A stretch of DNA of 64,000 nt from the NCBI GenBank assembly GCA_963727445.1, contig CAVSGI010000017.1:32001-96000 (forward strand), written 5' to 3'. Positions 50,246-60,567 of the stretch are shown here, piece after piece. The notes beneath the pieces were generated by a model. That model was given only the letters and a program-made list of their open reading frames with translations. It was not told where the DNA came from and ran no database searches. Source of the stretch: an uncultured delta proteobacterium (GTDB lineage Bacteria; Myxococcota_A; Polyangia; Polyangiales; B10-G4). Both the position numbers and the translations under genes were made by a program. How positions within the stretch are numbered: the stretch's first letter is position 1; the number at the start of each line of letters is the position of its first letter.

Positions 50246-51082
50246 TCAGCGGGGCTTTTCGAAGAGGAGAACGAAGCGGTCGCTCGTCCCGCGGCGCTCG
50301 CCGGCCTGACCTGGCGAGGCGCTCCAGTCATGGGCGTCTTCGGGGTTGTCGAGGAAGTGTCCCTCCGCTTCGAGCACGAAGCCCGCGGCCGTCACTTCGC
50401 GCACCACCGTGTCCTTGTCGATGCGATGCAGGGTCTGCACGTCGTCGACGCCGTGACCCTCGGCCGCCGCGTGATCGACGATCCCGTACACGCCGCCCGG
50501 CCGAAGGGCGTCGAAGATGTTCCTGTTCATCGCGGCGCGATCGGTCTCCATCCAGACCGTGTCGTGGTAGGCGAGGATGAAGACCACGGCGTCGAGATCG
50601 TGCACGTCGTCGGGCAGGGGCGCGTCCAGCTCGCGATCGAGGCGCGTGACGTTCGACATCACGTCCTTTTCGAGGCGCTCGCTCCACGGTCCCTCTGCGA
50701 AGCGCTCGAGAACGAAGCGATTGTTCTGCGCATAGACGTGCCCCGCAGGGCCCACGATGCGCGCGAGGAGCTCCGCGGTGTAGCCCGTCCCGGCGAAGAG
50801 CTCCGCGACCCGCATCCCCGGTTCGATCCCGAAGAAGGCGAAGGTCTCTTCCGGGTGTCTCCCCGCGTCGAGCGCGCGGTCCGCCTCGGAGCGGTCCGCC
50901 GCGGCGACCGCCTCGTGGATGCGGACCCGATCGCCGTCGCCAGTGGGCGCCGGCGACTCGGGAACGACGGCCTGCTCCCCCTGGTTGCCAGCCGACGCCG
51001 ATGTGGGCTCGGGCGTGGCCGAAGAGGACCCGCCGCAGGCGAAGAGGAGAGAGACCAGCACGGAGAGGAGGAGAGCTCGCAT
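50246..51082 (-). CDS. Lipoprotein class I SAM-dependent methyltransferase (COG4798-like)
   Basis: LLFAC lipobox; DAGRHPEET, ELFAGTGY, YHD, LRPGG..DH, LHRI, SDRFVLLFEKP. Confidence 0.85.
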   Translation of the reverse strand: MRALLLSVLVSLLFACGGSSSATPEPTSASAGNQGEQAVVPESPAPTGDGDRVRIHEAVAAADRSEADRALDAGRHPEETFAFFGIEPGMRVAELFAGTGYTAELLARIVGPAGHVYAQNNRFVLERFAEGPWSERLEKDVMSNVTRLDRELDAPLPDDVHDLDAVVFILAYHDTVWMETDRAAMNRNIFDALRPGGVYGIVDHAAAEGHGVDDVQTLHRIDKDTVVREVTAAGFVLEAEGHFLDNPEDAHDWSASPGQAGERRGTSDRFVLLFEKPR

Positions 51083-51120
51083 CGCCCCTCCATGCTCCCC
51101 TGTCGCGCTGGGCGCAACCT

Positions 51121-51859
51121 TCAACCCGATCCGTCGCCGAAGCAGACGTCGAGGAAGCGCCCGAGGAGCGCCTGCGACTCGTCCCGGCCGAGCTCGAAGC
51201 GCTCGGCATGCTCCTCGTAGCCCTTGCGCCCGTACTGCGCGGCCTGGGTCGACAGGCCTCTGTAGCGCGCTCGCGCTTCTTCGGCGGTCACGTCGGGATG
51301 AAACTGTGCGGTGTAGAAGCGGCGGTCCTTCACCTTGAAAGCCTGGGTCTCGACGAGGTCGGTGCGCGCCAGGAGCGTCACCGTGTCGGGGACGCGGGTC
51401 ACGTGATCGGTGTGGCCGGTGTGCGCGAAGAAGCGGGGACCGAGCGCTCCATAGAGGGGATCGGCACGCCCCTCTTCGGTGAGCTCCACCGCGACGGTGC
51501 CGCGCTCGGCGCGGGCTTCGTCGGTGACGACCTCCACGCCGAGATGGTGACCGAGGAGCTGATGGCCGAAGCAGAATCCCGTAGCCGGGGATGTCCTCTT
51601 CGAGGGCGCGCTCGAGGAGATCGCGGAGCGGATAGACGAAGCGCGTGCTGCGCGGGTCGTGGACGCTGTACGCGCCCGAGCCGCCGATGACAAGCGCGTC
51701 CTGGCCGTCGAGCCACTCGGGCTCGGCGATGTGGGTCTTGGCGTTGCGCGCGGTGATCTGCACGGAGCGGTCACCGAATCGACGCTCCACGCACGCGAGC
51801 TCGTGCTCGGCCATGGGGTTGTCCCAGTCGCGGATCTGAACGAGCAGGACGCGGATCAT
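51121..51859 (-). CDS. Class I glutamine amidotransferase (frameshift near 51576)
   Basis: IGGSG; GICFGHQLL after one-base correction; HTDHV; AQFHPD. Confidence 0.85.
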
Positions 51860-51946
51860 GTGGGAAGCAGCCTAAATGAACGACCACGATTGTGGAACGT
51901 TCCTCGCTCGTCTGCGACGCCCCTCGCCGCGTCGGGTCTCCTCGAA

Positions 51947-51962
51947 TGGCCAATCGGCTGCT
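51947..51962 (+). promoter_or_regulatory. Candidate sigma54 promoter
   Basis: TGGCCAATCGGCTGCT. Confidence 0.4.
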
Positions 51963-52037
51963 GTCGTCTGTCTCGCGGCAGGCGCGGAAGATCCGAGCGC
52001 CAGCCGCCGTAGGACGGGCGTGGTCGACAAGCTCGGC

Positions 52038-52940
52038 ATGGCGGCGCTCGTCCTCCTCGCGCTCGGCGGGTGCGCGGATCGTCGCGTCGCGCCCGGCGAT
52101 GGGAGCGTCGACGCGATGGGCGACGCGGACCTCGAGGACGCATGGAACGCGGATGACGACGCGTCGGCGGACGCGGCGCGCGATGGGGGCGGCGACTTGG
52201 ACGGCGGCGCGGGCGACGCATCCGCCGACACCGGCCCCACCGACACCGGGCCCGACGACACCGGCCCCGCCGACACCGGGCCCGCCGACACCGGCCCCGC
52301 CGACACCGGCCCGACGGACACCGGCCCCGCCGACACCGGCCCCGCCGACACCGGTCCCGCCGACACCGGCCCGACGGACACCGGTCCCGCCGACACCGGC
52401 CCGACGGACACGGGGACACCCACCGGTGGCTGCGTCTCTGGCGCCGCGGGCACCCACGTCCTTCGCTTCCGGTGGCGTGGCACCACCTCGGGCAGCACGG
52501 CGTGGGTCGACTACGAAGCCAACACGCTGCCCGACACGTCGCGCTGGCACGTCAGCGCAGCGTCCTCGTCGATCGGATACCGGCCGGTCTTCGCCAATCC
52601 CTTCCTCGGCGAAGGGGGCCTCGAGCTGTCGGGTACGGTGTTCATCGACGTCGAGCTCAGCACCAATCTCTTGAGCTCGGTCTCGAACGCGACAATCGCG
52701 ATCTACGGCCGGAGCTACAACACCACGACCTCGGGCAGCTTCACCTGGCAGACCTTCTCCGGCACCGGCGCCTCACCCCATGGCGGCGTGTCGAACAGTG
52801 CGCCCTACGAGTGGTACCTCGCGAACGCGACCACCGCGCTGCCCGCCGGCGACGCCGGCACCCTGCTCCGCATCCGCGCCGGCCCGCCGAGCGGTGCGTT
52901 GATCGTGAGCCGCGTGGAGGTGTGCTTCGACGCGCGCTGA
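52038..52940 (+). CDS. Lipoprotein with DTGPx repeat linker (start may be GTG 52020)
   Basis: LALGGC lipobox; beta-rich C-terminal domain. Confidence 0.75.
   Translation: MAALVLLALGGCADRRVAPGDGSVDAMGDADLEDAWNADDDASADAARDGGGDLDGGAGDASADTGPTDTGPDDTGPADTGPADTGPADTGPTDTGPADTGPADTGPADTGPTDTGPADTGPTDTGTPTGGCVSGAAGTHVLRFRWRGTTSGSTAWVDYEANTLPDTSRWHVSAASSSIGYRPVFANPFLGEGGLELSGTVFIDVELSTNLLSSVSNATIAIYGRSYNTTTSGSFTWQTFSGTGASPHGGVSNSAPYEWYLANATTALPAGDAGTLLRIRAGPPSGALIVSRVEVCFDAR
52227..52406 (+). repeat. 15-bp coding tandem repeat x12 (DTGP[A/T/D])
   Basis: gacaccggccccgcc-like units. Confidence 0.9.
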
Positions 52941-52943
52941 GGA

Positions 52944-54077
52944 TCACTCGGCGTGTTGCTGCCGCTCGATGGCGCGCCGAACCGCCTGTTGAACGTGCGG
53001 CGGCAGCGACCCGAGCCTTCCCTCTGGATTGCCGCGCGTCGGCCCTGTGAGGTCGACGTTCACCTCGACACCGGAAGCCTCGCTGCCGGTTCCTGGCGTC
53101 GCGGAGGGTCCCACGATCGCGACACCAGCCCCGGCGCCGGCGCCGCCGCCCTCGGCTTCGGCCCGTGGCGCAGGCGTCTCCGCGATGCGACGGAGCCACA
53201 ACTGCCGGCTCTCCCCCTCCCCGGACTCTCGGAGCGTCCCAATCAGGGTGGCGTAGCCTGGCCCGAGGCGCGCCGTCATCTGCCGTCCATCCTCTCCGAT
53301 CACGACCTCGCGGCTCTGGCAGTCGGTGTGAACGGCGCCGCGCAGTGGCCCCGCAGGCGAGGACAGCTCGTAGACCGGGCCGTCCCCCGTGCGGCGAAGG
53401 CGCGCGTCGGCGAGCGCGCTCGGGCCCATCCGAATCTGCCCCTCGAAGCTCCCGCGCACCTCGCACGCCTGCCCGTCTTCGACCCTCGCCAGCAGCGCCT
53501 GCAGCTCGGCGGCGCCCTGCGCTTCGCCTTCGGGCTCCCGCGCGTCCTCGGGCAGCTCCACGTCGTCGGGCCCGACGCCCCATGCCGCAACGTACAGCCG
53601 CGTGAAGGCACCCTCGCTCGGCTCGATCAGGATCTCGTGGTGGAGCGTGTCGACGAGAAGCGCTGCGTCCGCTGCGCGGAACGCGTAGCCCTCGGGGCCG
53701 TGGGAGAGGACCCCGCTCGCCGGCTGGGAAGAGTGGAGCCGGTGAGCGCAGCGGACCTGCACGTGACGTGGGCCGGCCGCGATCTCCACCTCGAGAACGC
53801 ATCCCTCGCCCACCGTCGCATCCATCCCTTCGGTGGCGACCACCACCGCTCCGAAGTACGCACCATCGAAGGATGGCGCCTCGGACGGTGGCGTAGACGC
53901 GGGCGGGGGCGCCGGCGCGGGCTCGACTTCTTCACTGGCCCCCGCGTCCTGGGCGACGGGCTCGACGTCGCTCTCGGGCCGCGTGCCCGACCAGATGCCC
54001 AGGCCCAGCAGCACGAGCGCCGCGACGCCGCCCAGAGCCAGTGGCGTCTTCGACCGGGAGGCGGGGGGCGTGGCCAT
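52944..54077 (-). CDS. Hypothetical N-terminally anchored membrane protein
   Basis: TM LALGGVAALVLLGLGIW; Pro-rich linker. Confidence 0.6.
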   Translation of the reverse strand: MATPPASRSKTPLALGGVAALVLLGLGIWSGTRPESDVEPVAQDAGASEEVEPAPAPPPASTPPSEAPSFDGAYFGAVVVATEGMDATVGEGCVLEVEIAAGPRHVQVRCAHRLHSSQPASGVLSHGPEGYAFRAADAALLVDTLHHEILIEPSEGAFTRLYVAAWGVGPDDVELPEDAREPEGEAQGAAELQALLARVEDGQACEVRGSFEGQIRMGPSALADARLRRTGDGPVYELSSPAGPLRGAVHTDCQSREVVIGEDGRQMTARLGPGYATLIGTLRESGEGESRQLWLRRIAETPAPRAEAEGGGAGAGAGVAIVGPSATPGTGSEASGVEVNVDLTGPTRGNPEGRLGSLPPHVQQAVRRAIERQQHAE

Positions 54078-54189
54078 CGAGGCGCAAGCATAGCCGAGGC
54101 TCCGCGACTGGCAGTTGTGGTCAATACCGACGCCTGCGTTGGCCACCCCCAGAGCGCCCGAAGCAAAGAGACTTCAGGCTTTTTTCGGG

Positions 54190-54205
54190 TGGTACGTCCG
54201 ATGCT
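54190..54205 (+). promoter_or_regulatory. Sigma54 promoter
   Basis: TGGTACGTCCGATGCT, 14/16 identical to 41621-41636. Confidence 0.6.
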
Positions 54206-54217
54206 TTCCTGACGGGC

Positions 54218-55816
54218 GTGGCCCTACCCTCCCATCCCCCCACGCCGAAGCTCCCCTTCGTCTTCGCCCTCTTGCTGACGCTCGGCGGCTGCGCGGTCGG
54301 GGCCGACGACGCCCTCGACCCGAGCCAGCTCAGCCAGGACGACGAGGAAGGCGGCACCTACGTGCCCCTCGGCGATGGGAAGGCCGACGGCTTCGAGCAC
54401 AGCACCGCCCACCTGACGCTCTCGGGCGCATGTGATGACGGCGATCGCCTCACCATCGCCGCGGTGGGCGACGTGCTGCTCCACTCGCCGCTGCAGCGGC
54501 AGGCCTACAGCGATCCGAACGGCTTCACGTCGCTTTGGGAAGAGGTGGCGCCGCTCCTGGCTCAGGCCGACGTCGCCTACGCGAACCTCGAGGGCCCCAC
54601 CGCGGCCGGCGTGAACGCGAACGGACACGACGTGCCCGACCCTGGCCCGGTCTACGGCGAGAACGGCGTCTACACGACGTACCCACAGTTCAACTACCAC
54701 CCGAGCCTCATCCCCGCGCTGCAAGATGCGGGCATCGACGTGGTGTCGACGGCGAACAATCACGCCCTCGATCGCCGCAGCCTCGGTGTGGACCGCACCA
54801 TCGACGCGCTCCGCGAGGCAGGCCTGCCCTTCACCGGCACCCGCAAGAGCGACGACGCGAGACGCGACTTCGTGGCCTATACCGAAGCGCGCGGGTTTCG
54901 CCTGGCGTGGATCGCGTGCACCTTCGGCACGAACGGCATCCCCGATCGCGACGACCAGGTGCTGCACTGCTACGACGACCGGCAGGAGCTGCTCGACCTG
55001 GTGCAGCGCACCACCGCGGAACGCGGCGTGGATGCGGTCATGGTCACGCCGCACTGGGGCGTGGAGTACGAGGCGATGCCGCGCCAGCGGCAGATCACGC
55101 TCGCGCGCGATCTGGTCGAGGCCGGCGCCCTCGCGGTGATCGGTTCGCACCCCCACGTGCTTCAGCCGTGGCAGCGCATCGTGACCGCAGACGGCCGCGA
55201 AGGCTTCGTCATCTACTCGCTGGGCAACTTCGTCAGCAACCAGACGACGCTCGCCAAGCGCTCGACGCTCCTGCTCTACCTCGGCCTGGTGCGCGATCGT
55301 TCCGGCGAGGTGAAGCTCACGGGCGCCCGCTTCGTGCCGCTCTACATGTTGCGCAGCGAACGCCGGCGCATCGTCCCCATCGATCCGCGCGCGACGTCGT
55401 ATCGCGACAGCCTGGACCTCACGCTCTCCCTCTTCGGTGGCAGCAACCTGATGCGCGCCGACGAGACGCTTGTCTGCGACCCCGAGTGTGATCCGCGCTG
55501 GTCGCCGCCCCGCCTCACGCCGAGCTTCGTCGGCGACGCGTGCACCGCCGATGCGGATTGTGACTTCGCCACGGACGCCTTCTGTCACAGCGCGGGCTTC
55601 TGCACCGTGCCGTGCGACGGCTATTGCGACGACCTCGCGGGTCACGCCCCGACCTTCTGCGCCGAGGACGGCCCTGGCGGCGGGCTCTGCCTCAGCCAGG
55701 CGTCCACCCAGAACGATCAATGCGGCGCGCTCCCGGGGGCCGACGCCCAGACGCGCGCCCGCTACATCGGCGACTCGGGCGCTGCGCCGGCCGAGGCCGT
55801 GGTCTGCGCGCCGTGA
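54218..55816 (+). CDS. CapA/PGA_cap metallophosphatase-family lipoprotein with Cys-rich tail
   Basis: LGGC; AVGDVLLH, ANLEG, TANNHALD, PHWGVEY, GSHPHVLQ, YSLGNF. Confidence 0.9.
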   Translation: MALPSHPPTPKLPFVFALLLTLGGCAVGADDALDPSQLSQDDEEGGTYVPLGDGKADGFEHSTAHLTLSGACDDGDRLTIAAVGDVLLHSPLQRQAYSDPNGFTSLWEEVAPLLAQADVAYANLEGPTAAGVNANGHDVPDPGPVYGENGVYTTYPQFNYHPSLIPALQDAGIDVVSTANNHALDRRSLGVDRTIDALREAGLPFTGTRKSDDARRDFVAYTEARGFRLAWIACTFGTNGIPDRDDQVLHCYDDRQELLDLVQRTTAERGVDAVMVTPHWGVEYEAMPRQRQITLARDLVEAGALAVIGSHPHVLQPWQRIVTADGREGFVIYSLGNFVSNQTTLAKRSTLLLYLGLVRDRSGEVKLTGARFVPLYMLRSERRRIVPIDPRATSYRDSLDLTLSLFGGSNLMRADETLVCDPECDPRWSPPRLTPSFVGDACTADADCDFATDAFCHSAGFCTVPCDGYCDDLAGHAPTFCAEDGPGGGLCLSQASTQNDQCGALPGADAQTRARYIGDSGAAPAEAVVCAP

Positions 55817-55931
55817 GCGTGAAGCGCAGTTCTCGGCCAAGTCGACACGCTGGGCGCGCACGCCACCGTACGCACTCTGCACAGCTTTCGTAATCGTTGA
55901 CGAAGCACTGAGCGCGCGCCGAATCGCGGTG

Positions 55932-55947
55932 TGGCGCGCACCTTGCT
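55932..55947 (+). promoter_or_regulatory. Sigma54 promoter
   Basis: TGGCGCGCACCTTGCT. Confidence 0.7.
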
Positions 55948-55960
55948 GACGGCGCGGCCC

Positions 55961-57157
55961 GTGCACGACCGCCGCGCTCTCCTCCTCTTCTGGCTCGTCG
56001 CCCTCGCCTTTCCCGCGACGGCCGCCGCCCAGACACCGGCGCGCCTCGACACGCTCGTCGAAGCCCCACGCTCGCTCCGCGCCGCGCTCTTCGATGACGA
56101 GCTCGCGCTCCTCGAGCGCACGGTGCTGGGCTGGCTCGAGCAGCAGGCTCTCCCCGTCCACATTCTGCCGGCGAGCACGCGCGACGACCTGGCGGTGCCC
56201 GAGTGCGCCGCGCCGATGAGCCGATACGACGTGGTACGAAACCAACTCGGGCGCGTCGCGCGCGTCTCGATCACGGCCAGCTGTGACGAGGGCAGCCAGG
56301 AGTCGTGCCGACTCGGCGTCCGCATCCATCGCCCGCCGGTGGCGTCGGGCGCGTGGGAGACGCTGCACGAGTGGCGAGCCGACGTTCCTTCGGGCGCCGG
56401 CCAGATCGCGCGCTTCCTCGCGGCGGTGCCCGATCTCGCGGAGCCACCGCCCACACCTCCGGGCGCACTTCTCGGCGTGCTGCGCGAGGTCCACGATCAC
56501 GCGCTGGTGCGGGTCGACTGGGTGGCGCCGGCCGGCCACTTTCGAGCCGCGCCGGAGCCCGCGACGATCACCGAGGGGATCGGGCCCGCCCTCGACGCGT
56601 GCCACGCGGAAGGATGGTCCAGCGGCCCCGGGGAGCGTGCGATCCTCGCCTTCGCCCGCGATGGAAGCGTCAGCCGCTGCGAGGCGCATCTGCAGAAGGA
56701 ACCGATCGACACCGCCCGCGCCGCGTGTCTCTGCGACGCGCTCTCTCGAGCAAGCGTCGCGCCGGGAGCTGCGGATCGCCGCGTCGAGATCGGGATCGTG
56801 AACGCGGTCGAGTCGGGTGTGCTCGCCGGGGAGCGCCGCCACTACACGCGCTTCGAGATGACCGAGGCAACTCGGGGCTTTCGCGCCTATCCGGGGCTCG
56901 AGCGGGTGCAACTACCAGCGGCGCGCTGCTTCGCGATGGCGGGCGTCACCGAGCTGACGCGGATCGGCCTGCGGATCTTCGCCGACGCGCATGGGACGAT
57001 GACCCGGGCGGAGATCGACGGGAGCGATCTGAGCCCAGAGCTCGCCCGCTGTCTTCAGGGCGTCCTACGCCCCCTCGCCTTCACGTGCCCCGCGAGCGGA
57101 CAAGCGGCGACCTGGTCCGGAAGCCTGGTCGGCTACACGGTGGCGGTGGATCCGTAG
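55961..57157 (+). CDS. Secreted protein with two possible AgmX/PglI-C (TonB-C-like) domains
   Basis: Signal peptide; LDAC..DGSV..ACL and ARCF..HGTM..LARCL..F patterns. Confidence 0.6.
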   Translation: MHDRRALLLFWLVALAFPATAAAQTPARLDTLVEAPRSLRAALFDDELALLERTVLGWLEQQALPVHILPASTRDDLAVPECAAPMSRYDVVRNQLGRVARVSITASCDEGSQESCRLGVRIHRPPVASGAWETLHEWRADVPSGAGQIARFLAAVPDLAEPPPTPPGALLGVLREVHDHALVRVDWVAPAGHFRAAPEPATITEGIGPALDACHAEGWSSGPGERAILAFARDGSVSRCEAHLQKEPIDTARAACLCDALSRASVAPGAADRRVEIGIVNAVESGVLAGERRHYTRFEMTEATRGFRAYPGLERVQLPAARCFAMAGVTELTRIGLRIFADAHGTMTRAEIDGSDLSPELARCLQGVLRPLAFTCPASGQAATWSGSLVGYTVAVDP

Positions 57158-57240
57158 TCAGCCCCCGGAGATGACGCAACGCGGCAAAAGTCCGTTATCA
57201 ACGTGATCCAACACCGCTCATGGTGTACCATATCTGCACT

Positions 57241-58638
57241 ATGAGGGGACTCTCCATCAGCGCAGTCGTCGTCATCCTCGCTGGCGTGCTCGCGGGCTGT
57301 GGCAACGACGGAACCATCGGAAGCTCGGACGATCTTCAGGCGGCTCTCGCCTCGGCGCAGGCGGGGGATCGTGTCTGTCTGGGAGAAGGCGTCTTCAACG
57401 GCTCCTTCGACGTGCCGGCGGGCGTCGTCCTGTGTGGCGCGGGCAGAGAGCTGACGCGTATCGTCGGTCCCTCCGACAGTCCGACGTTGCGGGTGACCCC
57501 AGGGGTGGAGAACCCGACGCGGATCGAAGGCGTGACCATCGAGTCGGACGCGGACTTCGGCATCCTCGCGATCGGGGCGGGTGACGTCGCGATCGAACAA
57601 GTGGACGTGCGCGTGCCCCAGCAAGGCGCGGGCATCGGCGCCGAGCGCCTGTCCACCCTGATGATCAACCAGGTGCAGGTGCTCGGACCGGTGGACCTCT
57701 CCAACGCGGACGACATCGCAGGTGAGATGGACGTCACCCTCGCGCCGGCCTACGGGTTGGTGTGCGTCTCCGTGATGTCGGTCGAGGCGACCGAGATGAC
57801 GGTCGGTGGCTTCTCCCACTTCGGCGTCCTCGCCGTCAGCTCGAACCTCACGATGGACAACAGCGCCATCGAGGCCAACCTCGGAACCGGCCTCCTGGTT
57901 CACGGGGGTACGGCGGACCTGTCCGCGGTGGCGATCGACAGCGCCCTTCAGGGAACACGCCTGATTCCGCCCTACAACGCGGTCTTCGCCGGCAACGCCG
58001 ACGTCTCGTCGACCGGGCTCGAGGTCACGGGCAGCGAGGGCTACGGCATCCTGCAGTCCGAGGCCACGGCGACCCACGCGGACCTCCTCGCCGAGAGCAA
58101 CGACCAGGCAGCGATCTGGGTGCAGAGCAGCGGCGGCGTCTCGATCACCAACTCGATGATCCGCGACAACGCCCTCGCCGGCGTGGTCGCCCTCGAGTCG
58201 AGCAACATCAACCTGAGCAGCGTCGACATCGAAGCCACCCGCACCCGCACCCGCATCGTCTCCACCATGCCGGTCGAGGTCGGTGACGGAGTTCAGTTTC
58301 TCGGCTCGACCACCAACGTCACCCTCGAGAGCCTCGGGCTGACCAACAACTCCCGCGTCGGCGTCCTCATCGATCTCGACGGAGGTGTCTTCGACGGGAT
58401 CGATCTCCGCTCGGTCAACGTCGACGGAAGCGGCGAGCAGCTCGGCGCGATCGCGCAGGGCGGGGTCATCCCGCCCGGCTGGGACACCAACGTGACCCGC
58501 TCCTCCGTCATCGAGATGAACGACACCGCCTTCTCGGGCACGCTCGACACGGTGGGCATCGTCGGTCCGAGCGATCTGCCGGCGGTCGACGCCGTCCTGG
58601 CGATGGGGATCGCCGGGATCGTGGGTCCGAGCGACTGA
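57241..58638 (+). CDS. Lipoprotein with parallel beta-helix repeats
   Basis: VLAGC lipobox; LQAALASAQAGDRVCLGEGVF; NxxxGxxV repeats. Confidence 0.8.
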   Translation: MRGLSISAVVVILAGVLAGCGNDGTIGSSDDLQAALASAQAGDRVCLGEGVFNGSFDVPAGVVLCGAGRELTRIVGPSDSPTLRVTPGVENPTRIEGVTIESDADFGILAIGAGDVAIEQVDVRVPQQGAGIGAERLSTLMINQVQVLGPVDLSNADDIAGEMDVTLAPAYGLVCVSVMSVEATEMTVGGFSHFGVLAVSSNLTMDNSAIEANLGTGLLVHGGTADLSAVAIDSALQGTRLIPPYNAVFAGNADVSSTGLEVTGSEGYGILQSEATATHADLLAESNDQAAIWVQSSGGVSITNSMIRDNALAGVVALESSNINLSSVDIEATRTRTRIVSTMPVEVGDGVQFLGSTTNVTLESLGLTNNSRVGVLIDLDGGVFDGIDLRSVNVDGSGEQLGAIAQGGVIPPGWDTNVTRSSVIEMNDTAFSGTLDTVGIVGPSDLPAVDAVLAMGIAGIVGPSD

Positions 58639-58655
58639 GCGAGGCGACGGGCCGG

Positions 58656-59874
<1,219 letters not shown>

Positions 59875-59971
59875 CCCCAGCCTCGGGACGGAAGACTAGC
59901 AGCCCAGCGGCCTCAAAGGCACCTTCATCGCCTGGCGGAATAGCCCCAACGAGTGCAGGGTTGTCGGACAC

Positions 59972-60520
59972 ATGCGGCGAACGGACTCGGGGGGCCATCT
60001 GCGGCGCCTCCTTCTCTTCGGCCTCCCCTGCATCTTCGGGGCGGGCTGTGACCTGGGGACCAAATCGATGGCGGTCGACGCCCTCGCCGATCTGCCGGGC
60101 CACACCATGTCGGTGATCGCGCCCTGGCTCGACTTCAGCCTCTCCTACAACCAGGGAACGGCGTTCAGCTTCGTGCCTGACCTGGGTGCGGCGCGCTGGA
60201 TCCTGGGCGTGCTCTCGCTCCTGGTGGTCGCCGCGATGCTTGTCATCGCCTTCCGCAACAAGACCACACGCGTAGAGGCGATCGCCCTCGGCGTCGTCGC
60301 CGGGGGCGCCATCGGCAACGGCGTCGACCGCATGTTCCGCGAGCTCCCCGATGGGGCCACCGCCGTGGTCGATTTCATCCGCATCAACTACCCCTGGGGT
60401 GGAAGCTGGCCGACCTTCAACGTCGCCGACATCCTGGTCGCGGTCGGCGTCGCGCTCCTGGTGATCGCGGGGGCGAGACGAAGACCTCGGGGCGACATGC
60501 CGGAAAACGCCGCCTCGTAG
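59972..60520 (+). CDS. lspA: Lipoprotein signal peptidase II
   Basis: NQGTAFS, GGAIGNGVDR, VVDFI, WPTFNVAD. Confidence 0.93.
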   Translation: MRRTDSGGHLRRLLLFGLPCIFGAGCDLGTKSMAVDALADLPGHTMSVIAPWLDFSLSYNQGTAFSFVPDLGAARWILGVLSLLVVAAMLVIAFRNKTTRVEAIALGVVAGGAIGNGVDRMFRELPDGATAVVDFIRINYPWGGSWPTFNVADILVAVGVALLVIAGARRRPRGDMPENAAS

Positions 60521-60567
60521 CTCCATCTGCCCTTCAGGGCGCCGCGTCGCCGTGCGATAGTGGAGCC

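Noticed and set aside
50246..51859. Apparent amidotransferase-methyltransferase fusion
   Set aside because: Produced by the one-base insertion near 51576; the methyltransferase has its own RBS and lipobox at 51082
52227..52406. CRISPR-like appearance of 15-bp repeats (also 45120-45209)
   Set aside because: Head-to-tail in-frame coding repeats, no spacers, no cas genes
54224..56911. Long opposite-strand ORFs (also 47215-49029, 5226-7097, 12785-15223)
   Set aside because: Antisense shadows of clear genes, typical of high-GC DNA
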